Assembly (NCBI GenBank): GCA_024137785.1
Contig: JAHRHZ010000249.1
Span: forward strand, 38,775,282-38,839,281
DNA: 64,000 bases
Reading direction: 5' to 3'
Origin: Ginglymostoma cirratum
Lineage: Eukaryota
Shown: piece by piece, positions 49,903 to 64,000 of the stretch
How positions within the stretch are numbered: position 1 is the stretch's first letter
Layout: every line of letters starts with the position of its first letter
Position numbers and translations under genes: made by a program
Notes under the pieces: model-generated
The model's input: the letters and a program-made list of their open reading frames with translations, nothing else
Databases searched by the model: none
Told to the model about the DNA's origin: nothing

Positions 49903-50479
49903 TGTTAACACATACCCAGCCTTAAATATTCCTCTCGTCTTTCACCTTATCTGCTGGTGGCTGTGTCTTTAACTATCTTGTTGTACACATTGAAACCCCC
50001 TTCTGTCACCTTTCCACCTTAGTCTCCTCTTAAGTTGTTTGAAATCCATTTCTCCGACAAAGCTTACGGTCACCTTCATTAATACTTCCAAGGTAAATTT
50101 CTGAGTTTGTTAGAGCAAGAACACTTCCTTAATTTTGCACCTAAACATTGGCAAAAAGTCAGCAGTAATCTCAAGGAAATAGCATAAATGATAAAAGCAG
50201 TGATTCTGAAGATTCTGTGTTAATATCACAGTGAGAGATGGGATCCATGGAGATGTCAGGCATTTATCTTTAAATGCAAAGTATTAAGAAAATAAATCAG
50301 CACTGGGGATTTTTTTTTGCTATGATTGTTTTTAACCTGTGCTGCCCTCTACCCTGGCAACTAACAAAGTTAATTTTTCAATATTACTTACTTTGATGAA
50401 TGGAATTCAATGTAATCATTCGAATACAGTATTAAAGTTTTAAATAGCAAACAAGCAAAAGTCAATTCTGATCAATTTT

Positions 50480-50812
50480 TTAATATATTGATTCACAGGA
50501 TGTGGATATTCAGCACTTACTGCCTGTCCCTAATTTCCCAGAGGCAGTTAAGCGTCTTAGGTCTGGAGTCACATGTAGTCCAGACCAGGTAAAAATCGTA
50601 GATTTTCTTCCCTAAAGGGAATTCGTGATCCAGGTGGGGTTTTATGACAATCAACAGTGGGTACAAGGGGTCACTATTAGGCCTACTCCCTATGCCATAT
50701 GTTTATTGGATTGAAATTTCACCATGTGGCATTTAAACTGATGTCCCCAGAACATCAGCCTGTGTTCTAGATTGCTAGTCTCGTTACATTACCACTACAC
50801 CAGCAATTTCCC
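50480..50812 (-). mobile_element. SacSINE1-like Deu-SINE
   Basis: Reverse-complement paralog of 11952-12294. Confidence 0.75.
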
Positions 50813-51819
50813 AAAGAAGAAAACATTAAGCACATTGCAACATTGAAATTTTGTGTTTATTCCCTCTCTTAATGCATTCCAAATTTTTTATTTATTTTTA
50901 AGGGAACCTAGATGTATAAACCATTAATCATCCCTATACGATGTGTATCACTTTGAAAATTCAAACAGTTTTTCTAAGGTTCTCATAATTACTACCTGTA
51001 AAATGTTGGTCTGCAGAGCATTCTTGTTTCTCAGCTAGTGGTCACCTTAATGCTGAGAAAGCACCTTGGACAAAGTAAATGTTGTGGACGGACAGCTACA
51101 ATCAACTGTAATTTTCCATGCCAAATCCATCATCTGATGCTACATATCACATGATGATAATTAATAGGTTTAAAACTCAGATCCTTTATCATAATATGGA
51201 ACCTTTGATTATATAAGAAAAAAAATAAGGCAATGACTTTGTGGTCCCTGCCTCAGCATTTATTTAATAACATAACAGTAGCAGCTAGTGCCTGACAGGG
51301 AGTGTTGCTCTTCTTTTGCCTGAATAATTATTTTCTTTTATACCAATTTTACTTCCATTTTTATTGATGCTTTGTCTATATCTCAGTACTCTTCAATAGA
51401 TTCCATTCGTTTTTCAATTCAATAATGGCTCTTTATTGAAAATTATACCTTATTGTCATTTCTTTTTGTTTATTTAAAACATTTATGCTGATGCATTTTA
51501 CTCCAGTTAACCGTGAGGATATCTCTAGCCCCCTCCAAAAGAACAAATAAATCATTTCCCCCAAACTTTGCAGAAGCAGACACTGCAAGAAGTGACTGTT
51601 TTGATTTATGGCAAAGTTTATTGCAAAATTGTCAATCCTTAATATTTCACAGAAGAGATATCTATAAGTTGTATTGGAATTAAATCCTATGATTTGCATT
51701 TCACAAAACTGCCAATTGCCTGGCTACAAAACTGAAAGCTATCTGAAGAACCTCATCCTATGTGATAGCATTTAATGAAACTAATTTAATCATCATTGCA
51801 ACACTCCAGAAGAATGCAT

Positions 51820-52185
51820 TTTTCTTTATTCTTTCATGAAATGTTTACATCACTGGCAAAGCCAGTGTCACCCATCCTTAATTGCCTTTAAATTGAGTTG
51901 ATCATGAGGCATTTCAGAAGGCAGTTAAGAATTGATCACTGCTGAGGATCTGTAATCACATCCAGGACAGCACATATCATTCCATAAAGGGCATTAGTGA
52001 ACCGATGATTTTAGCAACAAATAACGTTGGTTTCATTGCCACCGTTACTGAGACTAGATTTTATTTGCAGATTTGTGAATGAATTTAATTTCCATAAGCT
52101 GCCATGTTAGAATTTAAATGCATACCCCAAGAGCCTCTAGATTACAAGGCAAGTGATATCACCACTATACCACCATGTCCCCAAT
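51820..52185 (-). mobile_element. SacSINE1-like Deu-SINE, older
   Basis: Reverse-complement similarity to 11952-12294. Confidence 0.7.
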
Positions 52186-55100
52186 GATGTTTTGTGCTGC
52201 TGTCTTTGCATTTCATCTTTCAGGTGAGACCAAAAGTCTTTTCAGGCATATATCATTGATTCCCTTACAATAGCAACAATTCTTTTTATCAGTCTTAAAT
52301 CAACTTTTATCAGGCCCAAGCACAATAGTATGCATAATTTGGTATTCCAATCTCTCTCAAAGGAATTCAGAAGGCAACATTTTTTTTATTAAAATCATCA
52401 TTCACAGAAAGTATGGTCTTACAAATCAAGTTGTTAACCTTAACCACTGACCCAAACCTTGACAAATTATTTGTTGTCATTTTCTTAGAGACTTATCATT
52501 GGACGGCCAAGCCTTCTTCTTGAATAAAGGGTTAGGCAATGTTCTCACGCAAATTGGGGTCTTAAGGTTGGAACTTGCTCAAACTCCAAGTTGACAATGT
52601 ATGGAAGAATGTTAGAAATTAACTTAATGTAGAGTTAGAAGTGCTTCAGCTGGTTCTAAAAATAATTCTGGCTCCTGCCAGCCCGCTCTTACTATTCTTC
52701 AGGTTTTATCAGCATGCCCTTCACTCCCTTATTCTATGAAGAGATATATATTTTTGCTACAGATATATGACATCTTAAAGTACAAGAGTATTCTTTGACT
52801 GACACCCCAAAGGTCAAAATCTACCTCAAAGTGTCCAAGTATGAAACTGAGATAAATAGTACACTGCTAGAATGAAAAGACTTTAGTTCTCTTCCTTGCC
52901 CTGGTAACATATTATCTGTCTGTTCTACCATCTTCTTTTCTAAAGGTTAGGTGATGGTCTTATTTGCCATTGTCTTCTGCATGATTCCTTGCTAGGAAGC
53001 TCCCTCGTTTACTGACTGCCAACAGGCATCTGAGATTTATACAATGACAATCGGTGTATTTTTCCACGTCATCAATACACTTTCCATAACTAAGAAGTCC
53101 TGATGTAGGTCTCATACTTGGAGTTTTTGGCCCATCACTGCGTCGCAAGACTTCCTTTATTTTCTTTTTTTTCCCTTTATTTTATTTTTCTTCCAAGAAA
53201 AGACCTCCAGACATTACATGACATCACTCAAAGAAGAGCAGAGTTTACTCCTTGGCCAACATTCTTCCTCCAATCAACAATAATACAAATAAATTGGAAA
53301 TAAATGATCTACCTTATTAATCATGGGAATTTATATTAGTAGATCAAATGGCTAGGACATAAACGATCGTAGTATAACTGACATTACATTTCAAAACTCT
53401 CTCTTCACATGAAGTATTAAAGTTGTTTCTCATAGATGTGACAATGTATTATATGATGGACAAGTGCTTCTTTATGGCTTATCAAGATTACTGGATGTGG
53501 AAAATCAATTGCTTGAAATGGATACATGTTCTTCTCCTGAGTACTAACATTCTTCACCTTTTTGACAGCACTATTGAGGAAGCACGTGTTCAATTTAAAC
53601 AGACAGTATGATGCTTGTCCACAGCTCTTATTTGGCTATTTTTCCTACGTCATGAAGACTTGCAATATCCTTGCATTGATGTCATAGAGTTTTATAATAG
53701 CCAGTCATTTCCATTTGTCAATAAAGTTTATACGAATGAAACTGCATGAGAAAAAGAATGCAGAAACATCAAAACATGGATTTAATCTTTTTTACATAAA
53801 AACATAACAGACAGGTGCGATTCATTATTTGGGCCCAAGTGTAGTTAAATTGTTTGATTGTTTTCCTGTGTTGTCTGAAATTCATGACAGTGTTAGATGA
53901 TATTCCTTCTTTCATTGTTAATGTTTTAAGTGGGTCCAACTGAAAGCCTACTGTCAAAAGCTTCATGTTGATCATTGATTCCTTAAAGACCAGAATAATG
54001 CATCAGTCTTTCATTTTCTTTTAACTTCGATGAATGTGTGTCCTTATCGTATGGTAGCGAATATACATTGCTGTGATAACTTATATTTTGCAGATTTCAT
54101 TCCTCGAATGTACAAGTTAAAAATTAAAACAAAACTCATAAAAGAATGGTAATGGTTCTAAATCAGAAGGAGGACTTTTGGTATTTGTTTTATTTGTGCT
54201 AGTCCTCTGAAGATCAATTCAGCTAGTGCCACTCCTCTGCCCTTTCCTCATTTATTGACATGCATTTTCCTCTTCAGTTAATGAACCAATTCCCTCCTGA
54301 AATACACAATTGAATCTGTCCCCACCACTCTCAGGCAGTGCATTTCAATCATGGTTCTAGATTCTAGAATGTTAGAATTCTAGAATTCTACATTTTCCCT
54401 TGTCATCAATACCCCTTCCTTTCTCTATTTTTCAATTGCCATGGTTTGTTCATACTTAGGTTTCTTATTTTTATTGTAAACCATTCCCCCTGTCTTACCA
54501 TCTTAGAGTGCTTAGGTTGACCTTTAAAGATAAGCAGAAGGGCAAAAGGTTAATGGGGCTAGGTTGGAATGTGAGCTAAGCAGATCTGACTGAATAGTGG
54601 ACCAGGCTCAAAGAAGCAAGTAGCCAATACCTATGTTTGTATGTGTTATAATATGGTGAAAATGGACTACTAATTTTTCATTTTTACCATGTGATTTTTC
54701 ATGCTTTCAAGGATTAAAATGTTTAAACAAATTGGCTTAAGACAGCTTCCATAATAACCTGACAAGTTTTCATTAAGCTTCTGGAAACATTAATTTCAGT
54801 TCATACAGGGTCTTGTCATAGAGTCAGTCATAAAAATGGCTAATCTGTTCATTCAGGTCTGCATCTTCTGTTTGGCATGCACCTTTCTGAAAGAGACTTT
54901 TTGTATGTTGGAGTGAAAGACTTGCCTGTAGATCATCTACTGTAGAAAAAGAAATGAATCCAGATATAGCAATGTACAAATGCACAGTTTTCAGGCAGAT
55001 ATTTTGGACCGAGCGGAGAGAGGGAAAATGGATTTGTAACAGCAGAACCGTATGACTTTCTATCTGGCTGTTTGGTCTCAGCTTCTCAAGAAACAGCATT

Positions 55101-55527
55101 TGATGTTTGAAGCAATTTGGAGAAATATCCATTCACCCAATAAATCAAAGATACATGTCCTCAAACAACAGTGATCTTATCTTAAATATAATGTCTCAAA
55201 GACATGAAAGGATTCTTTTAACTGCCTTTTCTTGATATTCCTTTTTGTAACAGATGTTCTTCTCTTCTAAAAGTTCATACCTATGTTTGTGTATATGTTT
55301 GATGTTATGTTTTTTTCTCTCCCTTTGGGGTTCATTAGGAATAAAATTCCTTTATTTTCATTCAAGAAACCATGTAATTGGTTTCTTAATTTTGAACCAG
55401 CAAACTTTGTTTTAATTGAAATGTTATAACTGCACGCTGAAAAGAATTAAAATTATTTTGTGCAGCCAATCAAGGGAGCTAAAAAGGAGGAAGCCAATTC
55501 ACTTTTCCTCACCTTGTTAAAACAGCA

Positions 55528-55735
55528 TGTCATAGAGTCATACAGCATGGAAACAGACCCTTCGGTCCAACCAGTCAATACCGACCATAATCCCAAACTA
55601 AACTAGTCCCATCTGCCTGTGCTTGGCTCATTTCCCACCAAACATTTCCCATTCATGTACTTATTTAAATGTTTTTTAAAAGTTGTAACTGTAGGGGCAT
55701 CCATCACTTCCTCTGGTGGTTCATTCAAAAACCTT
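55528..55735 (-). mobile_element. CR1 LINE 3' end
   Basis: catagagtcatacagcatggaaacagacccttcggtcc; reverse paralog of 9600-9790. Confidence 0.8.
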
Positions 55736-58700
55736 TCAAACATAGGAGTATAAATTATGGTGTTTGCATAAAGAAGAATTTGATTTATTTCATGCCTGAA
55801 GAATATCAGCTACAGGTACTCGTGAAGCACTTTAGAGGTTCTTGGAATTCTTTACCACTCCGGCCTCTTTCTGCACGGTAGGGATTCTATAATTCTAACT
55901 ATGCGATTGAAAGAAAATGATGTTAGTGAACTGGATGTGACTTGCCCTTGATTTGCTTTCTCGCTGAGGCAACAAATGGTATTTCTATCCTGATGGCATG
56001 GATCAGGTTTGAAGAATCAACAGAATTAGGAAAAGGTTAATTTTTTGTACAATTAACATTATCTCTTTTATGTGTCAACTCTGTATCTCTGCATTCTTAA
56101 TACATTCTTTAATTTCTTTTCTCAACGCAGAGAACTATCTCAGGGGAAATTCTCCAAACTTGGTATACTGGGATGTATATTTGGAAACTATTCAAAGACT
56201 CCCTCTTTGATTTTTGCTGTATTAGAATTAATGGTTAGAAAATCATAGGCTTGACTTGGCATCTCGCGATGAAAAATGCTGGTAAATGCCAGAATTACTG
56301 CAATTGGAAAGCGTCCCTTTAATTGCTTTTGAGGCAATTCATGCTTTCTCATTGCGCGGATTAATTCTGTAACGAGCTCAACAGCTGGTTGGGTGAAATA
56401 TTTTTGCCTTGCTTCCCTTTTTATTCTTAATTATTTTTATTTTAATAAAAGTTGTACTCCCCTGGCATTTGGGCAGTTAATCTTGATCAACTTTGTCATT
56501 TCCTTGCATCTTTTTGAAAACCTGAATTTGCTCTCATTGTAAAGTGCACTCAGTTGCAAAGATAACAAACCCAAATATTTAATCTTTGTTGATAAGGTAA
56601 ATGCTTGTATATTTCAATTATGTTTACTGTTAGCTGTTGTGTTATCTCACAGGCAGGACGCAGTAGACCTCTGAGACAGCTCATGATATCATTTTGGTAT
56701 CGGATCATGTGACCAGTCTGTATAAAAGCCTCAGATTCCATCTTAACCGGAGCCACTTGAAGCATGCTACTGTTTGTAACCAAATAACTTATCATTAGCC
56801 CATACCCAGAAATGCCTGTGACTACAATATATGGATATATGATGACCTGTAATAAATGTCTGTTAAATCTTTCAGTACTACATTAGCTTATGTTACAGGA
56901 GCTAACATCAGTCTTGCCTCTTCAGATACAATGTCCTGCTGAAAGCAAAATCCTACATTTGTGTGGAAGATCATTAACTTCTGTACTTTGTCAAATACAA
57001 CAATCATATATTCCCATCTTTTAATATCAGTGTGCTGCCCACATTGTACAGGAATATGCATGGTTTTAGAAACAGTTTCTGAAGAATGTATATATTATGT
57101 ATATTGGTTTGAAGTTTAGCCAAAGACGTAACAGGTAAATTGAACACCTAGTCTCAACCACTGTAACTTCAGTACTGGAAGCTCAGGGTTGTTTGCATGG
57201 ACTCCTAACATGACCAACTTTTAATCTTTCATTTTAAATTATGACTGAGGTGTCTATTTCTTCTGCTTAGCAATTCCTAGCCTTCTCGACAGCGACATAT
57301 TTTTCAAGGTTTCAAAATCTGACCTTCAGTCCTTCATATAAATATCATATCTGCCAAAATTATTTTCTATTGCAATTAAAGTGAGAAATGTTCAAATGAC
57401 ATTAATAATTGGCCAACATATCAAGGGGAATGATAGGTTGCTGTTTTGGGTGATATTCTTTATTGGAAAGAGTGAAGGGTTTGATTTAAATTTCTTACCT
57501 TTTTTTTCCTTCAGATTTCTAGAAAATGTTGCTTTTGCCTCAGATTTTCGGCACCAGCAACTTAAAACTGACGTGTTTCGATTTCCTAATTGCCACTCCC
57601 AAACTTAGATATTGAGGGTAGCCTTAAATGTTAGACTGAGTGTGAAATCGTGGATATCTGCCATCAACAATGGTCAATAATGAAGCATTTGGATTCTATT
57701 TAATTCAGAAAGATTTGTGCATATATTCATTTATATAGCACCATTTACAAAGTCAAACTTGGGGAAGTACTTTTCCACCAAAGAAACACTTTTGAAGTCC
57801 GGTCACTGGTTGAGTGGAGGAAATGTGGTAGCTAAGAGAACAGATGGCAAAGTCCTCCAACGAGCAATGAGACAATGAATAGGCCTCAGCAAGAGTGTCA
57901 TTGTAAATGTTGTGCGCTATAATTTTAGGAAGCATGTCAAATCCTTAGAGTGGGTGCAGAGATTTAATAGGGTGGTAACAGATGTGAAAGACTTCAATTA
58001 AGTGAGACACTACAGAAACAGAGAAAGTTAAGTAGATATTTGGACATGGACTGCAGTGATTCAAAATACCTGCTTTCTCAAGGGTATCTAGGTAATAGCA
58101 GTACGTGCTAACCTGGCCAGCGAAACTCACATCCCACAAGTAAGTAACATAGAGAAAAAAAAAGTGTTTAAAATTGTGAAAATTGATAAGAAAGTTTGGA
58201 AACATTGTTTACAGTAGTAGAAGCATCCAGAATCAGAAGACACAGATTAAGGTAAAATCTAAGGAAAAAATTTGACAAAAGAGCCAGAGGCAACATGGAC
58301 AAACACTTTCAATGATTACTCTCAAATGTGAAATGGATAAAGAAAAAAATAAAATCTTGCAAGATCTTTGAAGAAAGATCAGCTAAATGAGATTAATTAG
58401 CTAGCTCTCTCAAAGAGCTGGCACAGATTTAATATCATTCTATAATTCAAGGAGATAAATGACCAGAGCATCTGTTTTAGTAATGCTGGTTAAAAGGATA
58501 CTTTACATTTGTTTATGAATTTTTTATATCCTTCTGCAAGATCAGATTGTGCTCAGATTTAACATCTCTTCCAAAAGACAGTGCACTTCCCTCAGTGCAA
58601 CATTCCCTCACTATTGCACCATAACATTATTTTAGATCTTGTATTTGAGATGGATCCTGGACACACATTTGGCTGACTTAGAGATGAAAATATGACCTTT

Positions 58701-61578
58701 GAGTCCAAATTGTCACTTCCATGTTACTGCATAAAAAGCATGGTTGAACTTGAGATTTAACTGTAAGGAGATCATTGGACCAAAAATCCACATGGGCTTG
58801 CAGGAAAAGTGCAAATCTTTGTAACTTCATTAAACTCTTTGATACAGACATGATACTTCCATCTCCTTTCACTGGCCCAAACTTACAATTAGATCAAAAA
58901 AGAACTCCAGATGGCTGAGGTAAATTCTATTTTTTCTGCTGCTTTCATTTCAGATTTTGAACTATAACATTTCACACCTGTGTGACATGCTGCAAATGAA
59001 ATACACATGAACCAGATGCAGCTCAGCAGGAATTTCTAACAAAATGATAGCATCATTTTCCATAATTAACTGAACTAAGAAAAAAATTGACAACAGAATA
59101 TTGCTCTTCAGTCTTCTGGTCTGAACATTGATTTCAGTAACACTTCCATCACACTGAGAATTTCTAGATAATTACAAATACTGTACTGTGAAAGAGTTAA
59201 TATCTCAGTGATCGGGGCATCATTTTCACTTTGCAATTGTTGTGCCTCAGGTCAAGTTTGGTAATTCAAACCACAGTATTTGGTGGGAATAATTGTTTGA
59301 TCATGGTGCACTTAAATAGGAAACTAATTATTTAATTTACTACAAGTGTAATGATCATGCAGCTGCAGTCAAATGTAAATTGATTACTCACATGATCACC
59401 CTTGTAAGACGCTTACTTTTTATAGCCTGCTTATCACATACATTTTTCAGTGCAGGAGCTCCCTTGACTGTTGGTTTCTTACTTACAGTGGCCAGAAATG
59501 GAAACTATTTTTCTTTTTGTTATGATCTGTCAGTTTTTCATCTTGGCACTGTGATGATAGGCTTCAATTCATCTTGTATATTACATTCTGGTAGCCTTTG
59601 ACACAGCTAGGCAGTCACAAAGAAACACAAAGTTTCTCTGTGCGCACAATATGTCTTAAGGTGATATGAAGCAACCAAATTTGTTTCTCCTATCCTATTA
59701 TTTTAGATATATAGATAGGAAGGAACATTATTTCAAACATCAAGGCCACTGGTAAAAGAGAGATAACAGTGTACTTTGGAAGAGCCTTTCTCTTATGAAC
59801 CATAGATTCACTCAAATATTGGTCAAGAAGGGTTTTGAGGAATTTCCATGGATATTTTTATTTATCTAAATGTTCTCACACCATTTTCTCCTGAGTACAT
59901 TGGTAAGTATTTATTGTGGAATGTGCTCATTAGGTAAAGAGACAACAATATATCCTGGTTGCAATCCAAATTCATTGTGAGTCTACTTTATTTGAAAGAT
60001 GTAATGAGCCATTCTGGATAACCTGACATTTTAGCAACATTTTTAGTTCTATTCAGGCTTTAATTGTAAGGGAAGGCAAATATCTTCCAAAAGTGAAGGA
60101 ATGCTCAATAGATGTATTGAAAGATTTTCTTTGCAATGTTTTCTGTCACTCTGAAGAATTCTGGTCTCTTGGTAGCTTTTTGATGGTGTCAACCAAACTT
60201 ACTTTCATTTGCTTCTGTGTGTTGTAAACTGCAACTTAGCATAGATTTGCATTGATACAGGGTTTCCCATATCCCAAAATTGATGTGTTTTTTTCCTACC
60301 TGCAACCACATTAACAGCTGTGCCAACCACCTACATCTCAGTCAATCTCTCCCTTTCTTTCATTTCAGGTGGAAACAGTCCACATTAGGACAGTAAGAGC
60401 TCAGAAGGGTGAGGGGTGCCTGACATTTGGCTTCTCACTTCTTATGTGGAGAGGATCTTGATACTGGCTGCCTCGAGTAGCCAAACGACTGTGCTCCTAC
60501 CTCAGACAGATATGAATTACTATGCTAGGACCCCCTGACTAAATAGCGTCTCTCTTATTTGATTGACGACAACTCCCATTAGAATGAGAGAGACATGATC
60601 ACTTGCTTGAAGCAAATTTTGCAGCACATATCCACATTCTGGACTGCTGACATCCTTGACAAACTTCCCGGCTTTGCATTTGTGCTAAAAGGTGAGTCAG
60701 GACAGAAGATTGTGTGCCTGTTAATTCTAGCTGAAAGGGAGAAGTGGAGAAAGAGAAGACAAGTTAGGGCTGTTGTGAGCATTACTGTAGGCAGTAAGAG
60801 TGTGAGTGCTAAGTAAGCAAGTGAGCAGCCCTGAGATGCAGCCTGGTCCAATCCATGAGCTGGATGCCTGTACCTATGCACAAAGAGTCCTTGCAGGTGC
60901 ACTTCAATGATAGTTGCTGATGCATGACAGAGAACAGCAATTGACTGCATGTAGCCAGTGCCCTAGAGCCATGTCTTGTAACGTTGGTGCTTAGTGTCCA
61001 AGACAGAGGTTTAGAGAAGTAAGCTGCAAGCTGGATTCATCAGGACTGATTTCACGTCAGAAATTCTTAGCATCTAGTTTCTATCCAGTGGTGGTAGGAT
61101 GGCATCTTGCACATAAATGAGTTGAGATTAGGGGCAATGAGGGAAAACATTGTCAATAATCCATGATTATTGCCCTTTTGTCGCTCATTAGCAAGAAACT
61201 CATATTTACATCTGGAACTGTTTTTCCATTGATTAACATTAATACATTCATGCATATAATTACGAACAACCATTTTCCCAAGCCTCTGACTTCACAAATT
61301 TAGGCAGTCTGAGGTTTTACAATTCTTCTAGACTGCATTCTCTTTGGATTTGGAAGTTTGGCAGGTCTTTGGCTTCAGGATTGTTGACCAGAATTTTGTT
61401 CTGCACTTCATGAGCTCTGTGTAGTCTCTGTCCACTGGAGAACATTTTATCTCTTGAATGTCCTTTGTGGAAGATGTTGTTTCTGCTGAAGCAGAGAATT
61501 GATCTATGGCACCATCTAGGAGTCTCTTAATCTCCAGAAGTTCCTTTGTAAAAGAAATCTTTCCTGCTGAATCTAGTA

Positions 61579-61791
61579 ATGGTATTTCTGTTATTATGTG
61601 TGTTTCATCAATGCAAATTTTATAACGTGATTGACAAGTTAGTGAACGCTGTTTGGATAATGCAAATTTTCTACTGTACAGGTATAGTGATCTTCTATAG
61701 CGCAATTTTCCAAGCAATTTTCTGTAGTGTGATTCCCTATAGCGTGAGGTCTCACAAGAATGCAACTATTGTGTCGTACCAGAAATACCTG
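61579..61791. mobile_element. Tc1/mariner-pogo (Tigger-like) MITE
   Basis: Short TIRs ggtatttctg (61581-61590) / cagaaatacc (61780-61789) with TA flanks and internal ctatagcg repeats. Confidence 0.6.
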
Positions 61792-62724
61792 TAGTTTCCC
61801 ATTTCAAAAACTTTTAATCTCATGATCCTTCATGGAAGATGACTATCCAGATGAAACTGGTATTTTCTTTTTTGCACATCCTGGATTCCTGAGCCAGCTA
61901 ATTTCATCTTGATTGTATTCTGGACATTTGTGCCAGATAGTTCAATCTTGAACCCGTCCTAAATCTGTGGACAAGCTTTCCCCTTGTCTTCCAAGCATTT
62001 TAACTTTATTCATGGAACCTCCAGTTAATGTCACATGTTATCTGTGAGCAAGGAGCCCTGTCCTAACAAATCAACACCTCTGTTAACCCAGATATGTTTT
62101 TCCATATCTGTCATTGATGTCATGGCATAATATTGTGATCTGCCTCACAATCTGTCATAAATTTAGTGATGGAAATTTTTGCCCACTTGATGATGTGATA
62201 CTTACTTTGAGTCTCATAATGTAAGACCAAGACATGAGTAGCAAAATGTGGATGGAATGTTTAGCTGTCTCTTGCAGCTACTGGTATCTACATATATTAG
62301 TCACAAGCACTTGTGTCTGGTTTCATGCTAAACATTTAAGATGTAAACTTTAATATTCCCCTCACTATGTCATTCAACAAGATGGAGACTGAGATCGTCA
62401 TACCATAAGAGCACATGTCATTATTAGCCCCAGACCTGCTCAGTGCTGCTACTGGAGCTGCTACAGCTACAGTCCCATCTCCAGCAATTTTGGCTGGAGG
62501 ATACGTAGCTGTGGGGCTGCTGTGATCAGTGGGGATTTGTACCAAATCTCTATCTCAGTGGTGGGGTGGGAAAAACACCCCCATCTGAAAAGTCTCACCC
62601 TAGACCTCTAGATTAGTATTCCTGTGATACCATACTTCAACTGTTTCATAAATTATTTGCTGGAATATCATACCAATAGTTGCATTAAAATTCGTGACAT
62701 GAAGCTGATATATATTTCCAATGT

Positions 62725-63600
62725 GGTCTCCTGGCCTTGACAGCCTTGGGGTGAAGCCTGGCACGGCCTGGAGTGAAGGCCTGATTCAGACTGGAGGCTA
62801 GGTGCCAGTATGGGCTAGGTTAAGAACATAACATAAGAACATAAGAACTAGGAGCAGGAGTAGGCCGTCTGGCCCCTCGAGCCTGCCCCGCCATTTAATG
62901 AGATCATGGCTGATCTTTTTGAGACTCAGCTCCACTTACCCACCAACTCACCATAACCCTTAATTTCTTTACTGTTCAAAAATTTATCTAGCCTTGCCTT
63001 AAACACATTCAGGTAGCTTCAACCGCTTCACTGGGCAGGGAATTCCACAGATCCACAACCCCTTAGGTGAAGAAGTTCCTCCTGACCTCAGTCCTACATC
63101 TGCTTCCCTTTATTTTGAGGCGATGCCCTCTAGTCCTAGTTTCACCTGCTAGCAGAAACAACCTCCCTGCCTCCACCTTATCTATTCCCTTCATAATCTT
63201 ATATGTCTCTCTAAGATCTCCCCTCATTCTTCTGAATTCCAGTGAGTATAATCCCAGCCTGCTCAGTCTCTTGTCATAATCCAACCCTTTCAACTCTGGA
63301 ATCAACTGAGTGAATCTCCTCTGCACCCCCTCCAGTGCTAATATATCTCTTCTCAAGTAAGGAGACCAAAAGAAGGACTGTTGTCCTGAATTTTTTATTT
63401 CTCCATTTTTGAATTTATTACTACAAACTGCAATGCTGTACTTTTTATTTCTTTATTTTCCTAATTGTTTTTTCCTTCGAACTAGTACTGAAGAATCTGC
63501 ACCTAGGTACCTTGAATCTAAGTGGTGACTTACAAACTTTTCGCTGTACTCATTTGAATCCATGTGATAATAAAGCTAATTCAATTCAATTCAATTCAAT
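62725..63600 (+). mobile_element. Non-autonomous retroposon with Rex1-like 3' end and (attca)n tail, interrupted by CR1
   Basis: 3' end cttttcgctgtactc...atgtgataataaa resembles the 3' end of the Rex1 copy at 20372 (-); GC-rich 5' part at 62725-62820. Confidence 0.5.
62820..63370 (-). mobile_element. Young CR1 LINE 3' fragment
   Basis: ALEGVQRRFTQLIPELKGLDYDKRLSRLGLYSLEFRRMRGDL and (taagaaca)n tail. Confidence 0.95.
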
Positions 63601-64000
63601 ACAACTCAGAGACTACTTTTTCTTTTCATAAAACATGACAATTATGTTTGTTGTTCAAGGTTAATTTTAAAAGCATTCAATACAATACTACTACTCTTAG
63701 TTAAGCATCTGCTATTCCTTAACATTCTGACTCACAGTGAGAACTGATCACCAGTTAAGATAGCATCATAATGATGACATTGTTTTTAGTGTTTTGCTTA
63801 ACATAGCTTCAATGATTCCCCTGCCACATTCAATGCTTCAGTATGTGCACAGATTGAATTATTCTCATCTTGACTTCATGGACTTTAGCTGAATACTCAG
63901 TTCCTCTTATTCTAGACATACTAAGCTTTTAATATATATCAACGGGACATAAACAGAAATTCAAAACTTCTGCTGGTTGTAAAGGTTGCTCAACGATCCT

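Noticed and set aside
54355-54390. Short ttctagaa palindromic tandem
   Set aside because: Simple slippage-type repeat with no further structure.
59487-59606. Minus-strand exon-like segment with gtaagt donor
   Set aside because: Stops in all frames from the better acceptor and no supporting context.
61328-61765. 145-aa minus-strand ORF
   Set aside because: Its first half lies in a MITE, and there is no good acceptor or recognisable domain for the rest.

Overview
AT-rich, repeat-dominated vertebrate genomic DNA. The repeat types (HE1-like V-SINEs, SacSINE1-like Deu-SINEs, abundant CR1 LINEs, Penelope-like elements) point to a cartilaginous fish, probably a shark; this is recognised from memory, not from a database search. 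Most ORFs in the track are transposon fragments or chance. No intact multi-exon gene could be named. There are candidate exons of a disabled plus-strand gene with a TBC-like GYxQG motif (3.1-13.6 kb) and candidate 3' exons of an unidentified minus-strand gene (46-48 kb). The most striking structure is a set of about 11 short foldback or single-arm insertions derived from the terminal repeats (pLTRs) of at least three Penelope-like families. Most retain a minimal hammerhead ribozyme core (CUGANGA-stem II-GAAA-CGUC), most have 13-16 bp target-site duplications, and the main family has one fixed arm end. Two copies have captured about 85-88 bp of neighbouring unique DNA between their arms. All three assembly gaps in the window sit inside these hairpins.
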